Shown: positions 1 through 9,794 of the stretch, in pieces | How the letters are laid out: each line of letters opens with the position of its first letter | Position numbering within the stretch: position 1 is the stretch's first letter | Made by a program: the position numbers and the translations under genes | Origin: Candidatus Eiseniibacteriota bacterium | Lineage (GTDB): Bacteria; Eisenbacteria; RBG-16-71-46; CAVPCR01 | DNA length: 64,000 nucleotides | Direction: 5' to 3' | NCBI GenBank assembly: GCA_963823555.1 | Contig: CAWGMA010000001.1 | Coordinates: forward strand, 1,504,001 to 1,568,000 | Notes under the pieces: generated by a model | What the model was told of the DNA's origin: nothing | Database searches by the model: none | Seen by the model: the letters and a program-made list of their open reading frames with translations, nothing else

Positions 1-1645
1 CGGTGATTCCAGTCGTTCGCACCTCCACCTGCGGGCCGGGTGGAACGAGGCGCATCACCTGCCAGAGGGGGAGCGCATGGCGCGCTGCGTAGGCCGAGCG
101 ACCCTCGTTGAACCCCAGGGCCACGAGCGGGACGGAGCCGGTCGCCGCGGCGATGGCCATGGCCCGAGCGGTCTGCATCTGCACGGTCGTGGCCAGGGGG
201 CACGGCGTCGCGTAGCTGGAGCCCCCGAGGTAGGCGTTGGCCAGCGTCGAGCGGGCGGCGCGCCAGTCAGCTCGCTCCTCGCCGAAGCTGACCCCATCCG
301 CGAGAAGACCGAAGGTCAGGTCCGGTACTTCGAGCCCGGAGTGCGTGATCAGGATGCCGCTCGGCCCCAACCCCCGGCGGACCCCTTGCATCCAGGCGAA
401 GCTCTCGCGCCCCGGGAAATCCGTGGGTCGCGCCGCGAGCGCTGCGTAGTGAGCGGACGCCTGCTCGATGAACAGGCCGTCCAGGCCGCTATCCCGCGCC
501 CAGAGCCCCACGGCTTCTCCATCTCCTCCCGGCAGCACCGTGGCCAGGCAGCGCATGCCGGCGGCATGCACCTCGTCGATCGTGCGCCGGAACTCAGGCT
601 CGTCGAGCGGGACGTTGCCGATCCGCCCGCCCTGAGCGCGCCAGCCGCCCCCGAGGACGAGGCCCGTCGCCCCGGCTCGCGCCATGGCCGTGATCGCGCT
701 CGAGGACGGAAAGACCATGCCGTCGCCCTGTTCCTCGATCCAGTGGGCAAGGCGATGACCGGTGAGACGCGAGCGCAGCGGATGGACTCCGAGAAGAAAC
801 CCCCATTTCATCTCGTAGGTGTAGGGCGCCACGAGCTCGAAGGGTCCCTCCTGTTCGGGAAGGATCCAGGTCGCGAAGTTCTTGCCGTCTCGTACGGCCG
901 ACACCGCCTGAACCTCCGAACCCTTGAGAGAGTGCGGGCTTTCGGCGATGACCTGGAGCTGATTCGAGAGGCTGCCGGCGGTACCGAGGGCAAGCCCGAC
1001 GTTGGGGCAGAACGGTGTGGTGAAAACGGGCTGCGGCTCGAGCATGCCCGAGCCGCGATCGCGATTGCGCTGCCAGTGCCAGAAAGAAAGGGTGTAGGTG
1101 CCGGTGTCGACCTGCATCCCCAGAGATGCCTTGGTCACGGTGATCGGCTTGGATTTCTCGGGCAGGTTGAGGGCCAGGTCGAGGAAGACAGCACCCGCGC
1201 TGTGGATCGTATAGGTCGTGCGCAGCGCGAGCGGGGTTTCCTTTCCCGCCTCGGTGGCGAGCCGGGTGTCGCAAGCGACGACAACCCGCTCCGGTGTCTG
1301 CTCCTCGATCCGGATGCTGCCGGCGCTGAAGGGGCCCAGAGGACCATCCGGGGTGTAGACCAGGATCCCCGGCACCGAGTTGCGGCGAATGCCGGCCGCG
1401 ACCAGTTCGTGCCACTCGATCCCATCGAAGAGACGAATCGAGGTCAGGTCTCCCCCGGCGGCCCGCGACCAGCTGAGAGCGAAGTGGGAGCCGGTCACGG
1501 CCACGCTGTCGGCGGACGTGACCACCACGAGCGCCGCAGGTTCGAGTTCGGAGGCCAATCCATCGGCCAGCGGCAGCATCGTCCCGGAAGCCAGCGCGCC
1601 GGCCAGGGCAAGCACTACGGGAAGTGGAAGGGTGGCGTGTTTCAC
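1..1645 (-). CDS. Secreted protein, possibly glycoside-hydrolase-like (beta-rich N-terminus then alpha/beta region); 3' end runs off the window
   Basis: Absent from the ORF track. Manual translation from GTG at 1645 gives MKHATLPLPVVLALAGALASGTMLPLADG (signal-peptide-like), then ...GATGLVLGGGW...EFRRTIDEVHAAGMRCLATV...GLDGLFIEQ, open to the window edge. The + strand ORF 77..1672 is its shadow. Confidence 0.7.
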   Translation of the reverse strand, partial: MKHATLPLPVVLALAGALASGTMLPLADGLASELEPAALVVVTSADSVAVTGSHFALSWSRAAGGDLTSIRLFDGIEWHELVAAGIRRNSVPGILVYTPDGPLGPFSAGSIRIEEQTPERVVVACDTRLATEAGKETPLALRTTYTIHSAGAVFLDLALNLPEKSKPITVTKASLGMQVDTGTYTLSFWHWQRNRDRGSGMLEPQPVFTTPFCPNVGLALGTAGSLSNQLQVIAESPHSLKGSEVQAVSAVRDGKNFATWILPEQEGPFELVAPYTYEMKWGFLLGVHPLRSRLTGHRLAHWIEEQGDGMVFPSSSAITAMARAGATGLVLGGGWRAQGGRIGNVPLDEPEFRRTIDEVHAAGMRCLATVLPGGDGEAVGLWARDSGLDGLFIEQASAHYAALAARPTDFPGRESFAWMQGVRRGLGPSGILITHSGLEVPDLTFGLLADGVSFGEERADWRAARSTLANAYLGGSSYATPCPLATTVQMQTARAMAIAAATGSVPLVALGFNEGRSAYAARHALPLWQVMRLVPPGPQVEVRTTGIT

Positions 1646-1766
1646 GGTCTATCTCAGCTGGAGGAGGGGTGAACTATGCGCCGCGTGACTGAAGCAACGG
1701 AATCCGACCGGGGGAATGGGGGTCGCCTGGAGCCCGGCCCGTCCTGCCAAAAGTATGCACTGGAAG

Positions 1767-1795
1767 AAGGTAGCCAGCGCGCAAGAGACTGTCAA
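1767..1795 (-). promoter_or_regulatory. Sigma70-like promoter TTGACA-N17-TACCTT
   Basis: Perfect -35 at 1795-1790, 17-nt spacer, -10 at 1772-1767, upstream of the CDS starting at 1645. Confidence 0.55.
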
Positions 1796-2676
1796 CGATC
1801 TAGCCTGCCCGGTTCCGCGTCGAGGTCGATGAGGACCCGGTCGCGCCGCCGCGCCGCCTCGGCGGTGACGATGGGGGGCAGCTCACTCAACTTGACCACC
1901 TGCCCCGGGAAGCGATCCCGGAAGACGTCCTCCAGCGCGTTCGCCATCTCCTCCCCCGAGACCACCCGGCCCGCTGCGGTGCTGACGTCGATCGTCTCGT
2001 TCGCCAGCCGTTGCCGGAGAGCGTCTCGATCCCCGCTCAGGCGCAGGAAGCGCACGAGTTCCGCTTGCTCCGGACCGAGGAGCAGCGATCCATGCTGCAG
2101 GAAGGCGCGGGTGAGTCGCCGCTGGGCGCTGCCGCAGATCTTCCGTCCGGCATGGACGAGTTCGTGGCCGTAAGCGACGGCGAAACAGGCGGCGAGGAGT
2201 CGCTCCGGTCCCGAGGAGCCCGGCGTCGCGGTCCCGGAGCGCCGCGGCGCGAAGGCCGTCTCGACGCCCAGGCGCGAGAGCGCCGCCATGATCAGCTCGG
2301 AGACGCGGCGATAGGTGTCATGGAGATTCGCCCCCCACCTCCCATCCGGGACCCCGCCGACCAGCGAATAGGTGAGCTCGTTGGCATGATAGACCGCCTT
2401 ACCGCCCGTCGAGCGGCGCACCACGGGCACGACGGCGCGGCGCAGGGCTGCCAGATCGAGCTCGTCATGGGGCGACTGCAAGCGCCCGATCGAGACCGCG
2501 GAGGGGGCCCAGCCGAAGAGCCGCACCCACGTGCCAGCCACGGCGCCGGATTGCCGCAGCTGGAGCAACGCGTCGTCGAGGGCCATGTTCCAGGCCGGAT
2601 CGCGGGGCCCATCCTGAACGAGGTGAATGTCGTGATCGGGCGCCGGTGGGACGCCCGCGGCGTCGAGTGGACTCAT
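1792..2676 (-). CDS. Lipoate-protein ligase A / LipM-like octanoyltransferase family protein
   Basis: Motifs NMALDDALL, RLFGWAPSAVSIGRLQ, VVRRSTGGKAVYH, ELTYS, GRKICGSAQRR, FLQHGSLLL. Confidence 0.9.
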   Translation of the reverse strand: MSPLDAAGVPPAPDHDIHLVQDGPRDPAWNMALDDALLQLRQSGAVAGTWVRLFGWAPSAVSIGRLQSPHDELDLAALRRAVVPVVRRSTGGKAVYHANELTYSLVGGVPDGRWGANLHDTYRRVSELIMAALSRLGVETAFAPRRSGTATPGSSGPERLLAACFAVAYGHELVHAGRKICGSAQRRLTRAFLQHGSLLLGPEQAELVRFLRLSGDRDALRQRLANETIDVSTAAGRVVSGEEMANALEDVFRDRFPGQVVKLSELPPIVTAEAARRRDRVLIDLDAEPGRLDR

Positions 2677-2700
2677 GACCGGCAAGGCTAGCAGATGGGA

Positions 2701-3471
2701 CTATTGCGACCCGGAGGTCCCGCGCCGGCCCCGCATCCGCATCTCGAGCAAGCTGGCCACGATGATCGCGGCGATGAACAGGGCCATGCAGATCTGCGCG
2801 ATACCGGGGGCCGCCGCCGGCCAGTCGATGAACAGGAGGTCCATGCGACCGATGAGGAGCGAGTAGCGCGCCATCACGGTGAAGCCGTAGGACGCACCGA
2901 AGGAGATCATCAGGAACCAGATGCCGAGCCGCGCCACTCCCCCGAGGGCTCCCCGGTGTTCCCTTGAGAAGAAGAAATAGGCCAGCGAAGCGATGACACC
3001 GATCACGAGCACGAGGTTGTTGATGACGCTCGGTCCCGCGATGTTCTCCGCGTTCCAGAACGGGGTCCCGGGCCGTGGCACTGCGGAGATCATGGTGGCC
3101 TCGACCTGGGGCACGAAATCCCCCTGCGCCGCCCCGATCACGGCGAGCCCGGCAAAGGCGCCGACCATCACCGCCAGGGACCAGCGCGAGAGCCAGGCGT
3201 ACCGGGGCAGGAAACGGCTGAACATGAGCAGCCCGATGGCGAACGGAATGAGCAGGATGAGACGCGGCGGGGCCCCCTCGGCGCCGACCAGCGGCCGCCA
3301 CAGGTTGGGCAGGAAGACATTGTTCCACTCGAGCCCCACGTAGTAGCCGGCGGCCACGCCGATGAACAGGTGCTCGGCGAACTTGTAGATAGGGTTGTCC
3401 TTGAAGAGAAAGCTCAGGATGGCCAGTGTGAACAGGCCGTTCATCGTGAGCAGGAAGGCTTCAGGCAGCAT
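2701..3471 (-). CDS. Multi-pass membrane protein of the glmL-like operon
   Basis: About 7 hydrophobic helices; SFLFKDNPIYKFAEHLFIGVAAGY and FGASYGFTVMAR; tightly packed with neighbours. Confidence 0.8.
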   Translation of the reverse strand: MLPEAFLLTMNGLFTLAILSFLFKDNPIYKFAEHLFIGVAAGYYVGLEWNNVFLPNLWRPLVGAEGAPPRLILLIPFAIGLLMFSRFLPRYAWLSRWSLAVMVGAFAGLAVIGAAQGDFVPQVEATMISAVPRPGTPFWNAENIAGPSVINNLVLVIGVIASLAYFFFSREHRGALGGVARLGIWFLMISFGASYGFTVMARYSLLIGRMDLLFIDWPAAAPGIAQICMALFIAAIIVASLLEMRMRGRRGTSGSQ

Positions 3472-3477
3472 GGCGAA

Positions 3478-4323
3478 TCACCTCACCTTCCTCCCGGCGG
3501 CCACGAACAGCAGGTTGCCTAGGACAATGAAGAAGATGATGACCACGTGGGCCAGCGATTGCCCATCCATGCCGCGAGTGGCGGTGCCCATGACGCCGAT
3601 CAATTCCTCGAACTCGGCCGCTCCGGCGAGACCGCCGAGCAGGCCGTCGAGCTGGCCGGCATTGACGTAGGCGTAGTACTCGGGGGCGCTCACCGCGGTG
3701 CATCCCGAGACGATCGGGATCATCTCTTCACCGGCATTCTGGAAGCGCTGTCCCACCTGCTGCACCCATTCCTTGGTCCCGGGGTAGCCCGCCGAGATAC
3801 TCACCAGCAGATAGACGCTCGAGAAGTTCTGGACGTCCGCCATGATGGGCAGCTGGGATACGGGGCGTCCGTCGTAGTCGGTGGGAAAGGCCTCACGCAC
3901 CGCGGTCCCGACCCGCACCATCACCGCCTCCCGGCCCTCCTTGAAGCCCAGGTTCACGTAGTCGACGCCGTATTCCTTTGCATAGCGCGGGGCCACATCG
4001 CCAAAGGCTCGAGCCAGGAGCGGCGGCCCAGCCGGCCACAGGCAGAATCCAACCACCTTCACGTTGCGCCGGAAGCAGAGGTCGAGGACCGCCATCGTCA
4101 TCGGCTGCAACTCCGGCATCGACCCCGGATCGTAGTCCGCGGCGAGGAAGATGGTCCCGCCTTCCGGCACCCGCTCGACGGCCTGGAAGAAGGATCGCGC
4201 CTCGCGCGACACGCGGATCGGCAGACCCAGGGGGCGGACGTATGGCACGATGATCACGAGCAAGACCACGAGGAAGATGAACCGGCGGTCGAGATGCATG
4301 AGGCGGTGGGCCAGGCTCATCAA
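3478..4323 (-). CDS. Membrane-anchored protein with a central soluble alpha/beta domain (glmL-like operon)
   Basis: N- and C-terminal TM helices around DYDPGSMPELQP, DYVNLGFKEG, GQLDGLLGGLAGAAEFE. Confidence 0.8.
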   Translation of the reverse strand: MMSLAHRLMHLDRRFIFLVVLLVIIVPYVRPLGLPIRVSREARSFFQAVERVPEGGTIFLAADYDPGSMPELQPMTMAVLDLCFRRNVKVVGFCLWPAGPPLLARAFGDVAPRYAKEYGVDYVNLGFKEGREAVMVRVGTAVREAFPTDYDGRPVSQLPIMADVQNFSSVYLLVSISAGYPGTKEWVQQVGQRFQNAGEEMIPIVSGCTAVSAPEYYAYVNAGQLDGLLGGLAGAAEFEELIGVMGTATRGMDGQSLAHVVIIFFIVLGNLLFVAAGRKVR

Positions 4324-4324
4324 G

Positions 4325-4972
4325 TCACTCGCCCCCCAGGTAGTTGCGCTCGAGACCGAGGATGACCTTGAGCCCGGTGGCGATGGCGCCGAGCGCGGCG
4401 CCGATCAAGATCGCTCGCTTGGCCGCGTTGTTCGGGATCCCCATGATCCAGTCCGAGATGTTGGGCAGCTGATCCCAGATGGCGGCGCCAATCGGCACCC
4501 GGCCCAGCATGACCAGGACCGCAGCGATGGCGAGCAGACCGGCCTCGAACGAGCGGACACGAAACGCCCGGAACGCGGCCGAGGCGATGAAGAAGGCGAG
4601 GAGGGCGAACATCGTGCCTTGCATCGGCACATAGACGTGGAGATAGAAATCGTTGAACAGCGTTCCTTCGGCAATGCCGAACAACGGAGCGCGGCCCACG
4701 CTGCCCCCGACCCCGAGCACCACCATGACGGCGAAACCGATCAGGAGCGGGATGTGATAGAACCAGTCGTGCTCGCGGCGCGTGATACGCAGGTAGCTCA
4801 AGCGGGCGATGTTGGCCACACCGAGAACGGCGGCGAAGGCGAGGATGATGATGGCCCAGGACTCGAGCTCGGTACGTCCCGCCGTGAAGTGGCGCTGCGG
4901 GACAAAGAGTCCGATGACCATGAACAGGCCGACGATGAGCGTGATCGCCAGCGGCACCTCACGCCGGAGCAT
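4325..4972 (-). CDS. Multi-pass membrane protein (glmL-like operon)
   Basis: About 6 TM helices; TMFALLAFFIASAAFRAFRVRS, PNNAAKRAILIG, ILGLERNYLGG; GGAGG RBS. Confidence 0.8.
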   Translation of the reverse strand: MLRREVPLAITLIVGLFMVIGLFVPQRHFTAGRTELESWAIIILAFAAVLGVANIARLSYLRITRREHDWFYHIPLLIGFAVMVVLGVGGSVGRAPLFGIAEGTLFNDFYLHVYVPMQGTMFALLAFFIASAAFRAFRVRSFEAGLLAIAAVLVMLGRVPIGAAIWDQLPNISDWIMGIPNNAAKRAILIGAALGAIATGLKVILGLERNYLGGE

Positions 4973-5005
4973 GGGTGTCCTCCTCCGCCGGCGCGCCGGC
5001 TCTGG

Positions 5006-6262
5006 CTACCGCAGCACGAACCATTGGCGGAACGCCTCCCACCCAGCACTCGCGGTCAAGACTCCCAGGAGGATCAAGGCGATCACGATGACCTTCATCC
5101 AATCGGTGCCCTTGAGCACGCCGATCAGCTTGGGCTCACGAGACAGATAGGCCGAAGCAGCGTAGAACTCCTCGCCGATCAGGGTGTAATCGCAGGCGAC
5201 GACGAAGAAAGGTAGCTGGTGGATGTTGGCCGTGCCCGCGATCTGCACGGCGCCGGTGGCGAAGCCGGTCTCGGCGAGGATCAGCGACTCGGCGAAGAAC
5301 GAGCCCAGGAACAGGTTCGCCGCCGGCTTCTCGCGCAGCATGATGCCGTCGACTCCGGCCGTGAAGGCGAACTGCTCTTCGGAGAGGTAGCGAATATTGT
5401 TCTTGTTGTAGGCGTCGGGGCGACCGGCATCCAGGTAGCCCTGCTTCACCGTCTCCTCGGCGAGGGGCACCACGAAGGCGCGGCAGACGGGCACGATGAG
5501 GGGTGTCTCGTAGCGCGCCACAGTCTTCGCCACGTTGCCGAGGATGATCATCGAGTAGATGGTCTGGATGTTGTTCGCGTCGTCGATTCCTGGAACGTAG
5601 AGCACCGCGCGGCCCATCTCGGTGGCGCGCCCGATCGCCTCCTCGATGGCGGTGAGGCCGGCGATCTTGCGGACGAAGGGTGCCTGCCCGCGGCGGGCAT
5701 GATCCTCGGTGAGCCGCGTGAAGACGAGCACGAGCGCGAAGAACAGGAGAATCAGCACCAGCAGATTCGAGCGATCGGTGTTGAAGTAACTCTGACGCGC
5801 CACACCGGATACGGCCGTGCTTGCGGTTTCCCCGAGTTCACCGCGGGCGGCGACCCGGTAGTAGTAGGCAACGCCGTTGCGCAACGGAGAACCGGGCCGG
5901 TCGGTATCGACGAAGACCGAGGTGCCGGCGTTCACGGTGTCGATGGCGGCAAAGGGCCCGTCCGGGCTCTCGCTTCGATAGATCACATAGCCCTGCGCCG
6001 CATCCCCCGGCACGCGCTTCCAGGTGATGTGCAGGGCTTGCCCCGCGTCGTTGCGCACGTCGCGAACGGACACGCTATCGGGAGCCGCCGGGATCCTCGG
6101 CGCCTCACGTTCCCCCGCGGCGGGGGTGAGGGTCGTGGGCGCACCGGCCGCGGCGGAGGAAGGGTCGGGACCGGGCTCGGCCTGGGCGATCGGCAAGAGG
6201 ATCACGAGCGCCAGGAGCGCCATGACCGCCCACACCGTGCTGCCGCCCCGCTTGCTCCTCAT
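5006..6262 (-). CDS. Fibronectin type III domain + DUF6754-like membrane protein
   Basis: Signal peptide; FN3 pattern (ITWKRV..GYVIYRS..YYYRVAA); TM helix; then VRKIAGLTAIEEAIGRATEMGR, FFAESLILAETG, QLPFFVVACDYTLIGEEFYAASAYLS. Confidence 0.75.
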   Translation of the reverse strand: MRSKRGGSTVWAVMALLALVILLPIAQAEPGPDPSSAAAGAPTTLTPAAGEREAPRIPAAPDSVSVRDVRNDAGQALHITWKRVPGDAAQGYVIYRSESPDGPFAAIDTVNAGTSVFVDTDRPGSPLRNGVAYYYRVAARGELGETASTAVSGVARQSYFNTDRSNLLVLILLFFALVLVFTRLTEDHARRGQAPFVRKIAGLTAIEEAIGRATEMGRAVLYVPGIDDANNIQTIYSMIILGNVAKTVARYETPLIVPVCRAFVVPLAEETVKQGYLDAGRPDAYNKNNIRYLSEEQFAFTAGVDGIMLREKPAANLFLGSFFAESLILAETGFATGAVQIAGTANIHQLPFFVVACDYTLIGEEFYAASAYLSREPKLIGVLKGTDWMKVIVIALILLGVLTASAGWEAFRQWFVLR

Positions 6263-6311
6263 GTCATCTCCGGCCCTGCTTGCTCAACCGGCAGCTCCGC
6301 TGCCGCTTCAG

Positions 6312-7444
6312 CTAGCCCTCGATCATCTCGACATTGGCGCGCGGCAAGGTAACGCGCTCGCCCGGAGCGAATTCCACCTCGAGGACTCGGACCCGGGCTT
6401 CGGTCTCGAGGGCCTGGAGCTCGCTCGGGAGATCGCTCACGGTGCCCAGGTGTCCAAAGTAGGGTTCGCGGATGACGCGAATCGGCGTCCCCACCGTGAG
6501 TCCAATGTTGTGGTCATGACCCGCATCGTCAATCGCCGCCTTGTCATCAGGGACGATCAGCTCCGGACGCAGCACGCCGGCGCGAATCTGCGTGGCGCCG
6601 TTCATGGAGGCCACCCGCCCCGCGCTGGCGCCGAGGAGATCGAAGGTCTTCTGCGCCATGGGCATCTGTCCGAAACCCTCGGTCACCATCAGAGTGATGC
6701 CGATGTCCTCGTGCCCGGTGATGGCCACACCGAGGTCGTAGCCGAGAAAGTCACGCAGGTCCTTGTCGGAAAACCCTCCCACGACGATACCCGCGACACC
6801 CGCTTTCACCGCCAGCGAGAGCGTCTCCTTGGTCACGTGGGAACCCCCGATCAGGAGCGCTCCCCGGGCGCGATCGCCAAGAGCGGACAGCGCCGCTCCA
6901 TCGAGTTCATGGTCACGGGCCTTGACGGCGACAGTAAGGGTCCCATGAGTCTCGCCGCCAATGCCGAAGATGCCTTGAACGAAGGCCCCGCGGGTCTCGA
7001 TCACGACTCCCTGCCGCTCGATGATCTCCACCACTTCCCCATCGACGTAGGCCTGCACCTCGAGGGGGATGGGCGGCTCGCGCAGGATGACATTGCCGGT
7101 CACCTTGGACACGGTCTCCACGGTGCCGGTCACGGGCGCTTGCACGCGGGAAGTAAAGAGACCGAAGAAGGTCTTGCTGAGCGCCGAGGTCCTTGCCCTT
7201 CTCGATCGTGCTCGCCTTCCCGCTTCACCAGGGAGCGTTCGAGATCCTCGGGCAGGAGGCCAAGCAGATTGGCGACGTTGACCGTCTGCACGTTTCCCGG
7301 GAGCTCGGTCTTCGCCACCACGTCGGTCGCTTTGACCCGGCTGCCCTTCTTGACCAGGACCTCGCCGAGGATCGGCAGCCGCCGCTCGCGTCGCATCGTG
7401 GCGGTCTTGGTGACGGTGAGACCTGGGGTGTAGGCGTGAGCCAT
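6312..7444 (-). CDS. Conserved protein with barrel-sandwich-hybrid (biotinyl/lipoyl-like) segments and a KOW-like C-terminus; frameshifted near 7190-7215
   Basis: ORF 7130..7444 (MAHAYTPGL..GEVLVKKGSRVKATDVVA) continues in ORF 6312..7523 (KTFFGLF..VQAPVTGTV..GIFGIGGE..LMVTEGFG..RVIREPYFGHLGTV..ANVEMIE); AAGGAAG RBS before the ATG at 7444. Confidence 0.75.
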
Positions 7445-7456
7445 CTCGCTTCCTTC

Positions 7457-9335
7457 CTAGCCCGCCATGACCGGTGCGTTGGGACGAGCGGCGACCCCGG
7501 CGGGCGCCATGCCGGGTAGGCATCCAGCGCCTCGATCCACTGGGTCAAGCAGACGGATGCGCTCGTCGCGATTCTCCGGCAGTCCGAATGGGCGCCGCCC
7601 GCGCCCGTCGAGCAGGATGCCCACTTCGCCGCCGACGAGACGAGCACGGATTGCTCGGCCCTTGCCCTCGCCGAGGTCCTGGTGCCGGCCGGGGGTCAGC
7701 ACGGCGTCGATCTCCTCGCCCGGGCCGGCCGCAACGCGCCGGATCTCCCCGTACCGGATCTCGAACTCCTCCGTCCGTGCCAGCCGTCCAGGTCAGGCTC
7801 GCCTGGAGCGCCGTCTCTGCCGCGCCGTCCCTGGCCCCACGGGGCGACGGCGGTGCCGAGGCGGATCAGGCAGTCCTTGCTCGAAGACCTCGGTGGCCGC
7901 CTTCTCGTGCACCGTCGGCGAGCACGCCGAGCTGCGGCATCATGAAGATCGAGTCGACCGCCAGCTCGGTGACGCCCTCGGGCAGGAAGGCGTCGATCAT
8001 CATCAGCGCGGCCTGGATCGCGCCGCGGCGCGTGCGAGAGCACGCCGCCCGACCCGACCAGCAGGTCGAGCGCCATCAGGTCGACCAGCGTGTCGCCGCT
8101 CGAGCTGTCTGCTCGAAGGTGTCGGAGATCGTGCGCTCCTGCTGCACGCCCTTGAGGCCGACCGCCAGCGGCTTGTGCTGCTCGAAGGCCAGCCGCAGCG
8201 CCTCGCGGGCGATCGCCTGCTCGATCATCAGCTCCTCGAGCGGTCTGCGGGATGGTGGTCGGGCGGATCATCTTGTTCTTGATCCGGTTGCGCAGCTCGG
8301 CCTCGTCCAGACCGAACGGCACCCAGCGCATGACGTTGGCGACCCCGGCCTCGGCCAGCACGTTGGAGACGCGAGTAGCTCATGCCGAGGTTGGCGCACA
8401 CCGTGCGGTTGAAGACGCCCTGGAAGACGGAGAAGACGTCGGTCGTGGCGCCGCCGATGTCGACGCCGACCACGTCGATCCTCTCCTCGCTTGGCGATCG
8501 TCTGGATGATCGAGCCGACCGCCGCCGGGCGTCGGCATGATCGGGACCGGCGGTCCAGGCCATCAGCTTCTTGTAGCCCGGCGCCTGCGCCATGACGTGC
8601 TCCATGAACAGGTCGTGGATCTTGTCGCGCGCCGGGCCCAGGTTCTCGCGCTCGAGCATCGGCCGGAGGTTGTCGGTGATCACGAGGGCGGTCTTGTCCG
8701 CCAGGCGCTCCTCGATCAGCGGCGCGGCGTCCTTGTTGCCGGCGTAGATGACCGGCAGCTCGTAGCCGGCGCCGAGGCGCGGCCTTGGGATCGGCCGCGG
8801 CGATGATCTCGGCCAGCTCGACCACGTGCTGGGTCGTGCCGCCGTCGATGCCGCCGGAGAGCAGGATCATGTCGGGCCGCAGCTGGCGGATGCGCTCGAT
8901 CTTCTCGTGCGGCAGGCGGCCGTCGTTGGAGGCGATCACGTCCATGACGATGGCGCCGGCGCCCAGGGCGGCGCGCTCGGCGCTCTCGCCGGTCATCTGA
9001 CTTGACCACGCCGGCCACCATCATCTGCAGGCCGCCGCCGGCCGCTGAGGTCGAGAGGTAGAGATCGACCCCGCGGTCGCCGCTCTGCGGGGTGATGATC
9101 GTGCTCGCCGTCGAGGAGCTCGCGGCCGGCAGAGCTCCTCGACCTCGCGGATGGCGTTGAGCACGCCGCGGGTCACGTCCTCGAACGGCGCCTCGACCGT
9201 GGTCGGCGCCTCGCCGCGGACGATCAGGCGGTAGACGTCGCCCTGCTTCTCGATGAGGATCGCCTTGGTCGTGGTCGAGCCGCAGTCGGTGGCGAGGATG
9301 GAGCGGATCTGATTGGGTTGGATGGTCTGACTCAT
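7457..9335 (-). CDS. glmL: Glutamate mutase L (GlmL/MutL-type) family ASKHA ATPase, broken by many small indels
   Basis: Pieces spread over several frames: ILATDCGSTTTKAILI, EAPTTVEAPFEDV, GGGLQMMVAG, AERAALGAGA, RPDMILLSGGIDGG, VDIGGATTDVFS, NLGMSYS, GSGGVLSHAP, GGEVGILLDGRGR. Cannot fully exclude a true pseudogene. Confidence 0.8.
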
Positions 9336-9794
9336 CGTCCTCTAGGCCACTGCGGGGCACCGGGGTGAGCCCAGCGGTGAGGTCGCTCTTCGAGCCGGTC
9401 GCCAGCGGCTTCCGATAACTTCGATGCGGTGCCTGCTCGCGTCGCGACATGACAGCGGCACCGGCCCACCGGTGCCGCAAGGGATTGGAGTATATAGAAA
9501 GGCGTCCACCGGAGAAAGGCTCCTCCTGAGCACCGGGGATGGCGGCCCGCCTCCTGACGGCGGGCCGGGAACGAGCGGCGGCAACGCTGGACCAGCATAG
9601 GCAGCCCGGATGCTCCAGAGGCCACCGGAGCGGACGCCGCACCGGCCCGGGCGGGACCCGGTCCCCTCCCGGACTTCATGTGATGCCCGAAGCCACCGGC
9701 AGTAACTGCTTGTGCTTCAGCATGCTATGGCGGTTCTTGTGAGATGCGTTCCGGGGCGGCCATCGATCTCACCCGCGCGGCGTGCTGGACCGGG

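Noticed and set aside
77..1672. 531-aa plus-strand ORF
   Set aside because: Antisense shadow of the minus-strand gene; no recognisable motifs
9340..9500. Cobalamin riboswitch upstream of the glmL-like gene (GCCACTG near 9346; 10-bp hairpin at 9455-9478)
   Set aside because: GCCACTG is on the wrong strand and other B12-box elements are absent; the hairpin alone is not diagnostic
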